This document shows, in pieces, positions 12,562-27,834 of a stretch of DNA of 64,000 bases (the stretch's first letter is position 1; the number at the start of each line of letters is the position of its first letter). The stretch comes from Octopus vulgaris (taxonomy: Eukaryota): the NCBI GenBank assembly GCA_951406725.2, contig OX597839.1, forward strand, positions 7,874,001-7,938,000. Reading direction: 5' to 3'. The notes beneath the pieces are model-generated. The model had not been told where the DNA came from and did not search any database. It saw only the letters and a program-made list of their open reading frames with translations. The translations under genes were made by a program, and so were the position numbers.

Positions 12562-12628
12562 ACGTTGTGTCTATTTTTGGCATATTTTGGCATTAGAAAT
12601 TCTTTCTTTTGCCCTTACTTATAAATTG
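12559..12628. mobile_element. Short TA-embedded fragment related to 44353-44603
   Basis: Its reverse complement AGGGCAAAAGAAAGAATTTCTAATGCCAAAATATGCC aligns with 44414-44486. Confidence 0.65.
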
Positions 12629-12731
12629 TATATATATATATATATATATACATGTATATATGCATGTGTCGAAATATAGATATATATATATATATGTGTG
12701 TGTGTATGTATGTATATATGTATATATATAC

Positions 12732-12783
<52 letters not shown>

Positions 12784-12798
12784 ATGTATGTATATATG

Positions 12799-12923
<125 letters not shown>

Positions 12924-14096
12924 GTATCTTTGCGCTTTCATATATATCAAGTCACATTGAGTTTAGGAATGGTCAGATATGTTCTTGTATTGATAAGTGC
13001 ATACACTATTTGGCATGTACAGGTAAACACACTATCCACACACGTACACACACACACACTCACGCACACACACACACACACACTCATGCACCCATATATG
13101 CACATATTTTACTATGGGACAGATATGTTAATATTAGAAAATTTATCAAATTCTTCCATAAAATTTCCCTACAATATGCTAGTCATTAAAACCCTCTTTC
13201 TTTTAAATATAATATAAAGGAAAGAACCATTATAATTTTTTACAATAAATGTAATTAGTTGAATATATTTTTTTCATATATTTCTATTTTTCATTCATTA
13301 CGAAAATTGTATATTTATTCTTTTTTCGTCAATCTCCCCACTTCAAAGACTGCCTCCCTATATTTCTTCTTACGTAACGCAAATCTATACTCATATAAAT
13401 ACATACATACATACATACATATATACGTATATAGATATATATATACATATGTATGTATGTATTATGTATGTATGTGGATAGTAAGTATAATATATATATT
13501 TATACTTGCATCCATTATGCATATAATATATATATTATGCATATAATATATAAATATATACGTATGCGTTACACACACACACAGACACACATACACACGT
13601 ACACACACACAAACATATATATATATATAACACTAGCTGTTTATGTTTGCCTATGTATGCATGTATATATATATATACTCACACATATATATTTATATAC
13701 GTATGTATATGTATATATTTATGTATATATATACATGTATGTATGTGTGTGTGTGCAAGTATGTATATAATCACCAAAAAATGTGGAGTATACGTGAAAG
13801 GAAAATGCATCCAGTACATCTGCCATTTAAATATTTGTATTAACAGATTCTATTTCCCCGTTGAATCATATTTCTTGCATTAGTGATGATGCCGAATCCA
13901 GTTTCTGAACGTTTGAATTCTTAGTTCCATGTACTGTTTTGTGTCGATCTTCTGGACATTATTGGTCTTCATTAGGCCTCAGTAAGACTCGTTCTAAACG
14001 TGGTGAAATCGTCTTCTCTGTGGCTTCCGTTTCTTACTGCTGGTTGCGGATCTTTTCGGTTTGAACGGCAGTTTTTTCTAGCGGTGTCATATGAAA

Positions 14097-14476
14097 GAGA
14101 TGATACAGGTGGTAGTTTCCCAAAATATATGGGAATATAACAATTAACATCAACCAAGCTAGTGGCCACTTTTGGACATTAATCTATAACCCCCGGCAGA
14201 TAAACACTGAGAGTGTTTGCTGGACATTGTTGTAGAGCTGAAAACGTGTTTGCTGGACATTGTTGTAGAGCTGAAACCGAGGCAATTTCTACTCTTCTCC
14301 TCTGGAAGCCATCTACTCGCGATACCAGAGGGCGCACACTCTCCTACCCTGATGTGATCTCCGGGGATACAGGCATCCAGCAACAGGACCTCCGTAATGC
14401 TATGATGGACCGTCTGGCGTAGCATAGTAACTTCCATTGTCTCAACCACGGTCGAATAATGATGATGATGATGATG
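14097..14476 (+). mobile_element. 3' end of an RTE/RTEX-type LINE with a rearranged 5' junction
   Basis: Peptide FAGHCCRAE..ISTLLLWKPSTRDTRGRTLSYPDVISGDTG..DLRNAMMDR resembles RTE-group ORF C-termini; (GAT)n tail; 33-bp tandem duplication at 14213-14278. Confidence 0.75.
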
Positions 14477-15135
14477 TTATATTCCAGCCTTGAAGGTTAC
14501 TATTAAATTGTCCCTAAACTTACCCAAAATATGTCCGATTACATTCTATGAAATTCTTAAGCCAGCATCGTCATCTGATCATGTGTTGTGGATGGACGTG
14601 TTCTTCTCTAGAACGTCAAGCTGAATAATGGAAAGATATCTGTCATATCATTGCAAGTGTAACCAGAATTCTTGACAAGTTTTTTCCCATAGCAGGCAAT
14701 GCTGTTGTGGCTACCGTTCTCCAATAATTCTACATATTACGACAGTCGGCTGTATACTGAACTATCGATGGGTCCTGCTCTTGATTTGCGCCGCTGCATC
14801 TTTAGGAAACTACTCTTCATTTAAGTCTCCCTTTTTTTTCTGAGAGGAAGGCGGACACAAAAGTTTTTACGTTCATACTTTAACGACGGAGCAGACACGA
14901 AATAGCCATAACGATATATAAAAAAAAAATCTAGAACGAATTACACAAGGAGTGACACCTAATAATGACTCACGATAGATACTATTTCTCTGAGTGCTGG
15001 CAAAATGCCTGAAATATTTTATGAGGTGAAGAATTAGTCGATACCATCGATCTCAATGCTGAACTATTAATAGCATGTACTACTATTACTACTACTACAA
15101 CAACAACTAATAACAACAACAACAACAACAACAAC

Positions 15136-15173
<38 letters not shown>

Positions 15174-15269
15174 CGACATATAATAACATGTGGTGCTCCA
15201 GCATGGCCGCAGCCAAATGACTGAAACAAGTAAAAGAGTAAAAGAGAGAGTAAAGAGTATTGATTTTTC

Positions 15270-15750
15270 TTGGTATAAAAGATGGGCTACAGCAAATATT
15301 CTGCTCAATACTACAGATTTGCTTGTCATTTGTTTGACCTTAACCAGTTGAGCATGTCCCTTAGTGGCTGACGATATGTGCATCTCTGATCTCAAGCAGA
15401 AGTAGTGGCGGGGAGCATCATAGCCATGTGTTGAGAGGGATTCTTTGGGGTTCGAATAATTCACCTCTGGAAACATGGGTGTTTCGTTCAACATCCTTAA
15501 ACAACCCTTATTCAGGGACCTTTTGAGCGGGATGGGCTACTCTACCAGTAGAAAATTGTAACTGGGCCCAGCCTGCAAAGTCATGTGCTGTTTATCTTGA
15601 TATGTGATAACCATGTCGCGCACATATGGGTGTGATGCATGTGCCTGGTGTACCCTTATCAGATGGGTATACTGGGCTTCGTATATTTTACCCCAGTGTC
15701 ACTTTGATGGCATGCACTACTCTCTCACTTAATAATAATAATAATAATAA
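15270..15750 (+). mobile_element. Repeat family C, probable non-LTR retroelement 3' region with (TAA)n tail
   Basis: Three copies in the window; ends in AATAATAAT...; preceded by a SINE A tail fragment (15191-15258). Confidence 0.7.
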
Positions 15751-16240
15751 GCAATTTATAAATACATATATTCATATGATTCTGCTTACCCATATGTGTA
15801 CCCACTCAATACGCTCAGGCTTTAATAAGATGGTTCTGAAGATGTCGCGCTGACACCATATTTTGGGTGCAAGTCTCTTTTCGGACAAAACAACCTTCAG
15901 CTAATGAAGGCGATTACAAAACGTCTGTTTCTCATTTTTATTATCCATTTCCTAACATATATGTATACAAAGATCAATAAAAGTATTATCCCTCGGAACG
16001 GTTATTAAAATAAAAATGCCAGATGTGTAAATGATGGAGATGACGATGACGACGACGACGACGAGAAGATGATGGTGATGATGATGGTTATAATACTGGT
16101 AATAATGATGTTCGGATTTAGCCCTATATCGCTGCGTAATTATTCTAAGAGTCAATACTAGATTATTAGCTTCATTGAGAACAAGAGAAACGCAAAAAGC
16201 CATACGATATAATGGTAATAAGAGGAAGTAATACGATAGC

Positions 16241-16253
16241 AATGATGATGATG

Positions 16254-16323
<70 letters not shown>

Positions 16324-16334
16324 TGATGATGATG

Positions 16335-16398
<64 letters not shown>

Positions 16399-16441
16399 TA
16401 ATAATAATAATAATAATAAAGATAATAATAATAATAATTGC

Positions 16442-16479
<38 letters not shown>

Positions 16480-16498
16480 CAATAATAATAATAATTGC

Positions 16499-16532
<34 letters not shown>

Positions 16533-16538
16533 TGATAA

Positions 16539-16569
<31 letters not shown>

Positions 16570-16576
16570 GATAAAG

Positions 16577-16649
<73 letters not shown>

Positions 16650-16654
16650 TAAAG

Positions 16655-16697
<43 letters not shown>

Positions 16698-16699
16698 TG

Positions 16700-16739
<40 letters not shown>

Positions 16740-16769
16740 TTACAATAATAATAATAATAATAATAATTA

Positions 16770-16805
<36 letters not shown>

Positions 16806-16832
16806 TAATAATAATAATAATAATAATAATTA

Positions 16833-16880
<48 letters not shown>

Positions 16881-16975
16881 TAATAATAACAAGAAGAAGA
16901 AGAAGAAGAAGAAGACGAAGAAGAACAAGAACAAGAAGAACAAGAAGAAGGGTTGAGGAGGAGGAGGAGGAGGAT
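16241..16975. repeat. Long (AAT)n array grading into (AAG)/(GAG)n
   Basis: Direct reading. Confidence 0.95.
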
Positions 16976-17129
16976 AAAACGAAAATTCACTACAAACCCA
17001 TGAACACATGCACTAATAATTTGCAGAGCTAAAAATGTTACCATTGCCGCTGTTACATTAAAAAAAGACTTCAATTAAACAATTAATGATGGATTCCTTT
17101 ATTGAAGAGTGTATAACAGGAATCGACGG

Positions 17130-17220
<91 letters not shown>

Positions 17221-17296
17221 CGAGGAAAAATTATAAAAAGGTAAATTTTAATAAAAGTGGGTGTATGGAAAATTAAAAGAATTTTTTTTAAATATT

Positions 17297-17338
17297 AACT
17301 CTAACCGGTTTTCATTGCAATGCAAATTTTCAAGAATT
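17297..17338 (-). ncRNA. Hammerhead-like motif with U3-A8 core, in a TA-embedded island (17219-17357)
   Basis: Minus strand AATTC-TTGAAAA-TTTGC(ATT)GCAAT-GAA-AACCGGTT-A-GAGTT: stem I AATTC/GAGTT, palindromic stem III AACCGGTT, UUA site; base of stem II is U.U. Confidence 0.55.
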
Positions 17339-17350
17339 GAAAGGTGAAAA

Positions 17351-17454
<104 letters not shown>

Positions 17455-18797
17455 ATATATACAAAGATATATATATATACATATATATACGTATATATAT
17501 ATGCATATATATATATGTAATTATATAATATATATATAGACATATATAATATATATATAGACATATATACAAATAGATATATATGTATGCGCGTGTATAC
17601 CTTACTATATATGTATAAACATATATGTACATATCTACATTATACATGTATATCATATGTATATTATATATATGTGCATATAAACATATATAGTATCTCC
17701 ATAATATAACGTTCTTAAAATACTGTCACTCAACTCTTCATTAGACGCACATACAAAAGACACGTAGTCACACATGCACACTTATACACATGTACTCCGT
17801 AACTCTGGTTGCCTACCGAGGAATATAAAAAGAACTTTTTCTGTTCAACGTTCTTCGATAAGGAAAAATCATTGCAACTTTCTGTCTCAATAAACCACAA
17901 TTTGTTTCTTTTATATATTTACTAGGGATTGCTCGAAGCTAACTTTCTTCCTACACCTCGATCCCTGGAACTTACATTTATATATTACATTTATATATTT
18001 GTTTTGCAAGATTTTTGATGTGAAATCGTGTGTTGAAACAGATATTGATGTATTTAGGAAATAAGATTAAGATTAATGTAAAAAATAAATAACGCTGAAG
18101 CAAAGTAAAACCAAATATATAGTGCGTAGGTTTTTATTGGCTATACTGGCAAAATGACCATTCCTAAATACAAAAATACATTTATATATATATATATATA
18201 TAAATGTGTGTGAGTGTTTGTGTGTGAGTGTGTGTGTGTATGTGTATGCGTGTGTGTGTGCATGTGTGTGTGTCTGTGTGTGTGTGCGCGCGTGTGTGTG
18301 TGAGTTTTAGATTGATGGGATTAAAAAAAACTTGTAAATAGATGGAAGGAGGTCATAGATAATCAGGGGAAGTACATTGATGATTAAATTTCAATTAAAT
18401 ATAACATTTGATTACTTGTTTTCTTTATTCAAAATTCGGACCCAATATACATACGTGTGCGTGTATATACACAAACACGCATGCGCTCTCACGTACACTG
18501 ACACACACACAACACACACACGCACGCACACTCATATATACACACTGAGTGTCGAGAAAGAGACAGTTTATCTATGAAGTAGAATCTATATATTTTCGTA
18601 AATCCAAATACGCGAAACGGGCGCCATTAAATTTTCAATATTTACAACTTAAGAAATATTGTACACCCATAACAATGACAATCGAAATCAATAGCAAAAT
18701 ATGTTTGAAGTTACCACGATTTGTGGATGAGAGAGAATTAGAGAGATATAGAGGAAGAGCGCCTATCTATGTATCTAGCTTCCTGCCTATCTATCGG

Positions 18798-18868
<71 letters not shown>

Positions 18869-18984
18869 GTATAGTTATTTACTTGTATTTGTCTTTGCAT
18901 CTTAATCTTCCCTTCTCTTTAACTCTCTCTCTCTCTCATTTATATACATATATACATATATATATATATATATGTGTGTGTTTG

Positions 18985-19025
<41 letters not shown>

Positions 19026-19095
19026 AGATAGATAGATAGATAGATAGATAGAAACATACATACAAACATACATACAAACATATATACAAACATAT

Positions 19096-19127
<32 letters not shown>

Positions 19128-19212
19128 TTATGTATCTATATACATATTTAAAGAGAGACAGACATACAGACACACACATCGAAACGGATATATATTAATC
19201 GATGTGTACAAG

Positions 19213-19248
<36 letters not shown>

Positions 19249-19923
19249 CACTTGCACGATCTCATACAAACATAGAGAAATACATACGTTCGTACATACA
19301 CACATGTTTAGATATATATACATACATACATACATGCATCCATGCATATATGCGTACGTACATGCATACATACGTACGTACGTACATGAATACATACTCA
19401 TCTATGTAAATGAGACAAACGAAGAGGCAAATACTTCAGAGTAATTATATCATTTGATTACATTAAACTTGCTGACCTTTATATTCTAACGTTTTGAGTT
19501 TAAGTAATTTACCAAAAGATGCCGTAATTAAAGGCACCTTCACGTTGGAGACCGCATTTTACACCTTCTTCGCAACAGCCTTCTTTGACACATCGTTCTC
19601 TATAGCAAACATAAATATCACAATTATCATTGAATTGTAAAAAAGCGCATCGTTGCCTCACTGATATCTTCATTATATAAATTGTATGGATGATGAAGGC
19701 TTTGTGTACGAGTGTGTGTGTGTTGTGTTGTGTACTTGTATGTGTGTGTGTTGTGTACTTGTATGTGTGTGTGTTGTGTACTTGTATGTGTGTGTCTTTG
19801 TTGTGTATGTATAGGTCTGCGTAAATACACGTCTGTGGATGTATGCAACTATGTGCGTCATCATGTATGTATGCGTAGGCGTTTATTCATCAATGCACAT
19901 GTTTATATATGTGTGTGCAAGAG

Positions 19924-19954
<31 letters not shown>

Positions 19955-20001
19955 GTATATATATGTGTGTGTGTATGTATATATATATATATATATATGT
20001 G

Positions 20002-20032
<31 letters not shown>

Positions 20033-20109
20033 ATATATATATATATAGCTTATATATGTATACAGAAATGTGCGTGTGTAGATGTATATAATGTATAACA
20101 GCGTACATA

Positions 20110-20582
20110 TATTGTTATTATTGTTATTATTGCACTTCGACGTTTTCATTAGTAATATCATTAATATAGTTGTTGTCATAATACTGTTGATGATGATGAG
20201 AAGGAGGAGGAGGAGGAGGAGGAGGGTGTGGTTGTTGTTGTTGTTGGTGGTGGTGATGATGATGTGGTGATGATGATGATGACGACGACAGTGGTGGTGG
20301 TGTCTATGATGATGACGACGATGATGACGACGACGATGTTGACGATGGTGATGATGATGACATATTGGTATCATTATTATTATTGTTGTAGTCTTTATCA
20401 ACTTATTATTATTATCCTCGCCACCATTGCGATTTTCCCCTTCGTCATCATCATCGTCACTTACGTCATCATCATTATCATCATCATCAACACCATTGTT
20501 ATATATAAATTCTACCTTTCAAAATTCTACTCTATTATCGTTTAATAAAATAACAATGTTGATAAAATAATGATAATAATTA

Positions 20583-20664
<82 letters not shown>

Positions 20665-20725
20665 CATCATCATTATTGTTTTATTAACATAATTATTATT
20701 ATTATTATTATTATCAATTTATCAA

Positions 20726-20786
<61 letters not shown>

Positions 20787-21120
20787 GTTATTATTATTAT
20801 TATTATTATCAATTTATCAACAATATTAATATTATTATTATTTTATCAACATTATTATTATTATGATTATCATTGTTTTACCAGCATTATTATTATTATT
20901 ATTATCATCATCATCATCATCATTATTATTGTTATTATTATTATTATCATTATTATTATTATTATTATTATCATTATTATTATTATTGTTTACTACTACT
21001 ACTGCTACCACTACTACCACTACTATTATTGATATTGTTGCAGTTGTTGTTATCACCATCATCACCACCACCATCATCATCATCATCATCATCATCAACA
21101 TCATAACCATCACAATTATC
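20110..21120. repeat. Mosaic of (GAT)/(GAG)/(ATT)/(CAT)n arrays
   Basis: Direct reading. Confidence 0.9.
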
Positions 21121-21461
21121 CTTTCTGTTCGTTGCCATTCTTTCTTATTCGTTGTGTCTTCTCTCGAATTTTTTCCATAACATTCCCCCACCTTATATAA
21201 TGGTCTACTTTGACCTTGTCTGACTAAATTATGTATTCTTAAGGAAAAGAAAAGATCTATTGTATATCTAAATTTGATCTGGCTGTCTCTTTAAATGACT
21301 GTTTGTGTCTCTTTTTTTTCAATAAGACTGATTATATATAAACAACGAACGACTCTTTCTCTGTCTGTGACTGAGTGTGAGTATGTGAGTGGACACGAGT
21401 GTGTGTATTCGGGAGTATACGAGAATAGGTATGTGTGTGCATGTGTGTGTGTATATGTCTG

Positions 21462-21498
<37 letters not shown>

Positions 21499-21549
21499 CA
21501 TATATGTGTGTGTGTGTGAGTGAGTGTATGTGTGTGTACAGAGATAGAC

Positions 21550-21625
<76 letters not shown>

Positions 21626-21770
21626 TTGTGCGTATTATATATATAGACACACATTTATACAGCCATATAATTTTATATATGTATATAATAACATATGCGG
21701 TAGAAATATATGTATATACAAGTGTGTTACATATATAAAAGTATATATATAACCATACAAACAATCCATA

Positions 21771-21818
<48 letters not shown>

Positions 21819-21992
21819 GTATCTGCATATATACATATGCATAAAGACTACACACACATATAGATAGGCATATGCTGAAACATACGTATATATACATAAA
21901 CATATACACGGATATATGCATATATATATATACATATCTATACGCATGTATGTATGTATGCATATGTGTATGTATGCATGTATGTATATATG

Positions 21993-22026
<34 letters not shown>

Positions 22027-22418
22027 TGTATGTGTGTATGTATGTATGTATGTATGTATGTATGTATGTATGTGTGCATGTGTGCGTATGCAGAGGTGAA
22101 GACACCAGTTCATTATCGATGTATTCAAGACCAGACATTATTGAGATTCTTGCGAGTTGACGTGGAAAACACTAGCTGAGCATCAATGTCTCTTTCTGTT
22201 TATCGATCTATCTATATATTGCAAACACATACACACATTATACTCATATGTGTATATATATATATCTGTATATATATATATATGGATATATATGCGTGCT
22301 TGTGTGCGTGTGTATGCTTGTATGTCCATAGTCATGTGTTTGTGTGTGTGTGAATGTAAGATGAATGCACGCATGTGTGTTCATATATTTCCATACATTA
22401 TCTCATAAATGTATGTAT

Positions 22419-22468
<50 letters not shown>

Positions 22469-22493
22469 GTATGTATATATATATATATGTATA

Positions 22494-22561
<68 letters not shown>

Positions 22562-23199
22562 CATATATATATATCACTTACCTTCTACCTGTCTATCCAC
22601 AATCCACCATAACTACACTCTATATTATTTACAAATGTATGTATATTATGCATATATTATGTATGTCATAATATAGTGCATATGTTTATTTTCGTGTGTG
22701 TGTATATATAAATATGTGCCTTCATGTGTTTGAGTTTGTGTGTGTGTGTACATGAAATATTTGTCATATGATAAGTTTGTGTACTTCCTTGATAATTACT
22801 TTATACACGTATCGCTACTGGAGTGCCTATACGCAAATTTATTATCGAGATCATAAACTTGCGTTTTGTATATAATTATTGGGACAGTCTTTTATGTTAA
22901 TGTATATGTTTAAGTGACCGTCTTCAAAAGCTAATTTTTTTAGGCGAAATATATGATCAGCTAAAGCACACGTTTCGATAATCTTCTAACTAGAACTGAA
23001 AAGATATGCCATATATTTTTCAAGTTCAGTATATATGCGCAGATGTGGCGCTGTGACGAAACGTTTGCTTCCAACCACATGGTTCCCAGTTCAGTTTCAT
23101 TGCGCATCATCTTGCTCAAGTGATTTTCACCATAGCATCAGGCCGACCAAAGCCTTGTGAGTGGATTTGCTAGACGGAAACTGAAAGAAGCCCGTCATA

Positions 23200-23243
<44 letters not shown>

Positions 23244-23273
23244 AAAAAAGGAGATGTCGAACACGAGTGGTGA

Positions 23274-23601
23274 TATATAAAAAAGGAAATGAAGAAAATG
23301 CTGACAAATAATTGAAGTAATTTAAGTAATTTAATTAGGTGAAAGTTCTTTTTACCGGTTGCGCATTTGTTATGCTTATCAAAATATAAAAGAGAGATTA
23401 GAGTTCCTTTCTTATAGAATTTTTCCTCTTATAGAATTTTTCCTCTTTCCAGATAAGAGGAAAAATTCTATAAGAAAGGAACTCTAATCTCTCTTTTATA
23501 TTTTGATAAGCATAACAAATGCGCAACCGGTAAAAGAACTTTCACCTAATTAAATTACTTAAATTACTTCAATTATTTGTCAGCATTTTCTTCATTTCCT
23601 T

Positions 23602-23612
<11 letters not shown>
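23274..23612. repeat. Near-perfect ~160-bp inverted repeat with 20-bp spacer
   Basis: Arm 23274-23432 is the reverse complement of 23453-23612 apart from homopolymer indels; the spacer largely duplicates AGAATTTTTCCTCTT. Confidence 0.95.
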
Positions 23613-23640
<28 letters not shown>

Positions 23641-23646
<6 letters not shown>

Positions 23647-23703
23647 CAAAATAAGCAACAAGAATGACTACCGGAGTCATTCTTGTTGCTTATTTTGATT
23701 ATA
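23641..23703. repeat. Perfect 29-bp inverted repeat with 5-nt loop
   Basis: TATAATCAAAATAAGCAACAAGAATGACT-ACCGG-AGTCATTCTTGTTGCTTATTTTGATTATA. Confidence 0.95.
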
Positions 23704-24426
23704 ATCACCTCACGGATTTTTATGAATAACACCATACAGAATTCTGGTGCATCTAAATTAATTACCATATTCATTTGAATCTAAATTTTTGCTGAACATA
23801 TACATATGTATATATGTATCTTTATGCATATGTATGTTTATGTATATATATGTGTGTGTTTGTGTGTATGTGTGTATATATATGTTTGCGTATATGTGTT
23901 TGTCCCCCCCCCAACATCGCTTGACAACCGATGCTGGTGTGTTTACATCCCCGTAACTTAGCGGTTCGGCAACAGAGACCGATAGAATAAGTACTAGGCT
24001 TACAAAGAATAAGTCCTGGGGTCGATTTGCTCGACTAAAGGCGGTGCTCCAGCATGGCTACAGTCACATGACTGAAACAAGTACAGGAGTAAAAGCGTAA
24101 AAGAGTCAAACCAAATAATCACCCAATCGTTCGACACGTTACTTCACTCTACCACTTGATTTCTTCTCTAGCTAAATCTAATTCAAGTTAATTAGAATTA
24201 TCGAAGTAATTATTACAAAAAAAAAACTCTCCTCGAGTGTCTTAAAAATCTAAGACAATTATACCGCCTTTGAGATCACATACAAAAGCACTCTGTTGTA
24301 CCAGTCTGGTATTGAGAGGTCCTCAACTGTTCAACTTATATAAAGAAATCACAAGTAGAAATGGAATCTACTGAAATATTCAAAAAAGCATTGCATTAAC
24401 TCCTAATGATGATACCATCCTAGGAT

Positions 24427-24988
24427 TTAATCCTTCCGTTACTGTATTTATTTTGAGTTGCTCTGTGTTTCTTTCAATCACTTTAAATATAACAGAGAAT
24501 TTAGTAAAATAACTTAGTTAACATTCAGTTAATGTTAGGAACATAAATTGAGACTAAGGTTTGGTGGAAGATTTTAATTCAGAACTTATGAAAACAAGAC
24601 ATTTGTAACCATATTTCTGTTGAGATGCTCTGTGTTTCTTTCAATTACTTTAAATATAACAAAGAATTTAGTAAAATAACTGAGATATCATTCAGGTAGT
24701 GTTAGGAACATAAATTGAGACTAAGGTTTGGTGGAAGATTTTAATTCAGAACTTATGAAAACAAGACATTTGTAACCATATTTCTGTTGAGATGCTCTGT
24801 GTTTCTTTCAATTACTTTAAATATAACAAAGAATTTAGTAAAATAACTTAGTTATCATTAAGTTGATGTTAGGAACATAAATTGAGACTAAGGTTTGGTG
24901 GAAGATTTTAATTCAAAACTTATGGAAACGAAACATTTGTACTCAGAGCCAGAGGCGGTTTTAGCCGGGTTGGTATCAAAAGGGTTAA
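24427..24988. mobile_element. piggyBac-like MITE containing three tandem 167-bp units
   Basis: TTAA at both ends; termini TTAATCCTTCCGTTAC and GGTATCAAAAGGGTTAA; GCTCTGTGTTTCTTTCAAT recurs at 24460, 24627 and 24794. Confidence 0.7.
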
Positions 24989-25233
24989 GGGTGCATTCGA
25001 GAAAGACCAGCTGCTACAAACCCAATCATAGACCAACATCCGGTCGTAAATCGACAACAAATCCGATAGAAAATAAGTGAAGGCGGTGCTCCAGCATTGT
25101 CGCAGACCTATAAATGAAACGATTAAAAGAATAAAAAAAAAGCATGTATTTCTTCAGTTGAAGTAGGATTTAGGTGAGACCCTATGATCTGTGTGTTTAG
25201 TGTATAAGAATAAGCCTGATGAGACATTTTATG

Positions 25234-25595
25234 CTTTTATTCTTTTACTTTTTTTAGTCACTTTAACGCGGCAATGCTGGAGCACCGCCTATACTTGAAG
25301 AAATCGCCCCCAGGATTTATTTCTTGTTAGCCTGGTATTCTATCGGTCTCTTTTGCCGAACCGCTAGCTTACGGGGACGTCAGCACACCAACATCGTTTT
25401 GTCAAGCACTCCGACATCGGTGGAGACATAAACGCAGACACACACACACATACACACATAAGTATACATACTTAGACACACAAATACGTACATATATATA
25501 TACGACGGGCTTCTTTCAGTTTCCGTCTGCCAAATCTACTCACAAAGCTTTGGTCGGCCTAAGACTATAGTAGAAGACACTTTCCCAAGGTGTCA
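25234..25595 (-). mobile_element. SINE family A, 5'-truncated and diverged
   Basis: Reverse-complement homology. Confidence 0.85.
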
Positions 25596-26313
25596 GGTGG
25601 ATATTTTGCTTTGCCTCTACTCTCTTGTCTATAACTCTTGTTGCACACTTGACATGTAATGATAAATTGTACAGGGCGAAACTTGATCGTCCAGGCATGC
25701 TGTCTTCTCAGCACTTTCCAATTCATTGTAGATTTCCGGTCGGGAAAACACGTGAGGAAAGAAGAAGAGGATTAGGCCAGAGCGAGATAGTTGCAGTTCC
25801 TCTGCACATTTCAATAGGGATAGGAGTGCAGAGTATAAGATATATTAAGAAGAGAGAAAGAAAAATAACGTGGAAATACAAAGGGATATATAGACAGACA
25901 TATTGAAGAAGGAGATAGGGAAATAAATGCAATGTGTAATATTTAAGGTTTTCATAAAGAATCGTAACATGGATTGAAGTTTGTTCTAAAGCTCCAATTT
26001 GGTGTATAATGAGCTACAATTTCAACATAGCTAGTCTCCGGGCAAATTTCATGCAATTTGCATCAACTGCAGTTACAAAAACAACAAGAACAACAGCAGT
26101 ATTTGTTTTGTTGTTGCTGTTATTATTGCTATGATAATATGTAAGGATAATAATTATTGTATAATTCGGTTGCCTATTTTAGTAAAGATTTAATTAAATT
26201 ACTTTTCACACATATTTAATTATATTTTAATTTCTCCTCTATTTGCACAAAAAATATTATTCGTTAATCTGTTTCTCCTTTTCCATAATTTTCAGTTCTA
26301 ATTCTTCCCAACA

Positions 26314-26400
<87 letters not shown>

Positions 26401-26587
26401 TTCTATATATATATCATAGAGAGAGAGAGAGAGAAAGAGAAAGAAATAGTCGATTCCTAATAAATATTTCAACTATCAATCTATCCAATTGTTTATGTAC
26501 CTACATACGTACGTGCATACGCACCCATCTACATACCAACCCACTACATTTCTAGCGGCCAGTCTATCTTTTTATATATCACATTCT

Positions 26588-26660
<73 letters not shown>

Positions 26661-26671
26661 TATATGTATAT

Positions 26672-26856
26672 GGCCAGGTTGTCACTCATCTGTCTCGCTT
26701 TATGACTATGAAGATGACTCTTGAGTCCAGCTTTACTGAGGCAGGGTCTTGTACAGGCACTGCATGTCAGCATCATAGGAAGACCCTTCCCATCGGGAAG
26801 TGTAACAGCGATGCCCTTCCTGACATCCCTCCTTACTTTCTCATGCGCAAATCGAG

Positions 26857-26860
<4 letters not shown>
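26672..26860 (-). pseudogene. Probable RTE/BovB-type LINE C-terminal fragment with a C2H2 zinc finger
   Basis: Peptide TCSACTRPCLSKAGLKSHLHSH (CxxC..SHxxxH), typical of the end of RTE-clade ORFs; wedged between microsatellites. Confidence 0.6.
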
Positions 26861-26889
<29 letters not shown>

Positions 26890-27217
26890 CATACATACAT
26901 ACATACATACATACATACATACATACATACATACATACATACATACATACATACGCTTGAGTAGGTTCTTCTAAACATGCACGTATGCAGTTATATATAC
27001 ATATCTCTGCATCATAATTTTAATGTATTTCTTGAAAAGATAAATATTCAGAAATTTTCTCCCTATGTGAGTTGCATTTTGTGAGTATATGTATGCCTGT
27101 ATGTATATGGGAGAGTGTGTTCGTGCATGTGTATGTATGTGTGCGTGTGTGTGTATATAAAAAGGAGAAACAGGGAGAGAGAACGACCAAAACATAGATA
27201 AAGAGAGTGAGAGAAAC

Positions 27218-27391
<174 letters not shown>

Positions 27392-27834
27392 CAAAAGTTT
27401 ACGTTAACATTACGCTTGTTTAATTATAAAATTTATAAGCAACAACAAACAGCTAGTGATGAAAATATCCAATATTTTTAGAAGAGTCGAACTTCTTCAT
27501 CGATTAGTGCCTCCACACTGACTTCAAACGTATCATTGATGTATTTCAACCATGTTGCATCCTTGTTGGAAAGGAAAGGTTTTTACGACATGCATTTTAC
27601 TATCTATATCGCTATCATATTTTCTTTCTAATTCCAGTGCTTTGCAGAGGTGTGGTTTGAAATTGACTGGCTAAAACCTACAAAAACAAATTGGCTGAGT
27701 TTTCATCTCTTGGATCTGATGATACTCAAACGGTTAATTGTTGCTTTACAGGTACTATTGAAGAAAGAGTTTATTCTGATTTCTTTTGCTGTTACGCTGT
27801 TTGATATATTTTAGCGACACTCACATATTCGTTC

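Larger units (their letters stand above)
23036..24106 (+). mobile_element. SINE family A split by two fold-back insertions in its internal microsatellite
   Basis: Head ~23036-23200, 3' half ~23850-24106; inserts at ~23241-23612 and ~23641-23800. Confidence 0.85.
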
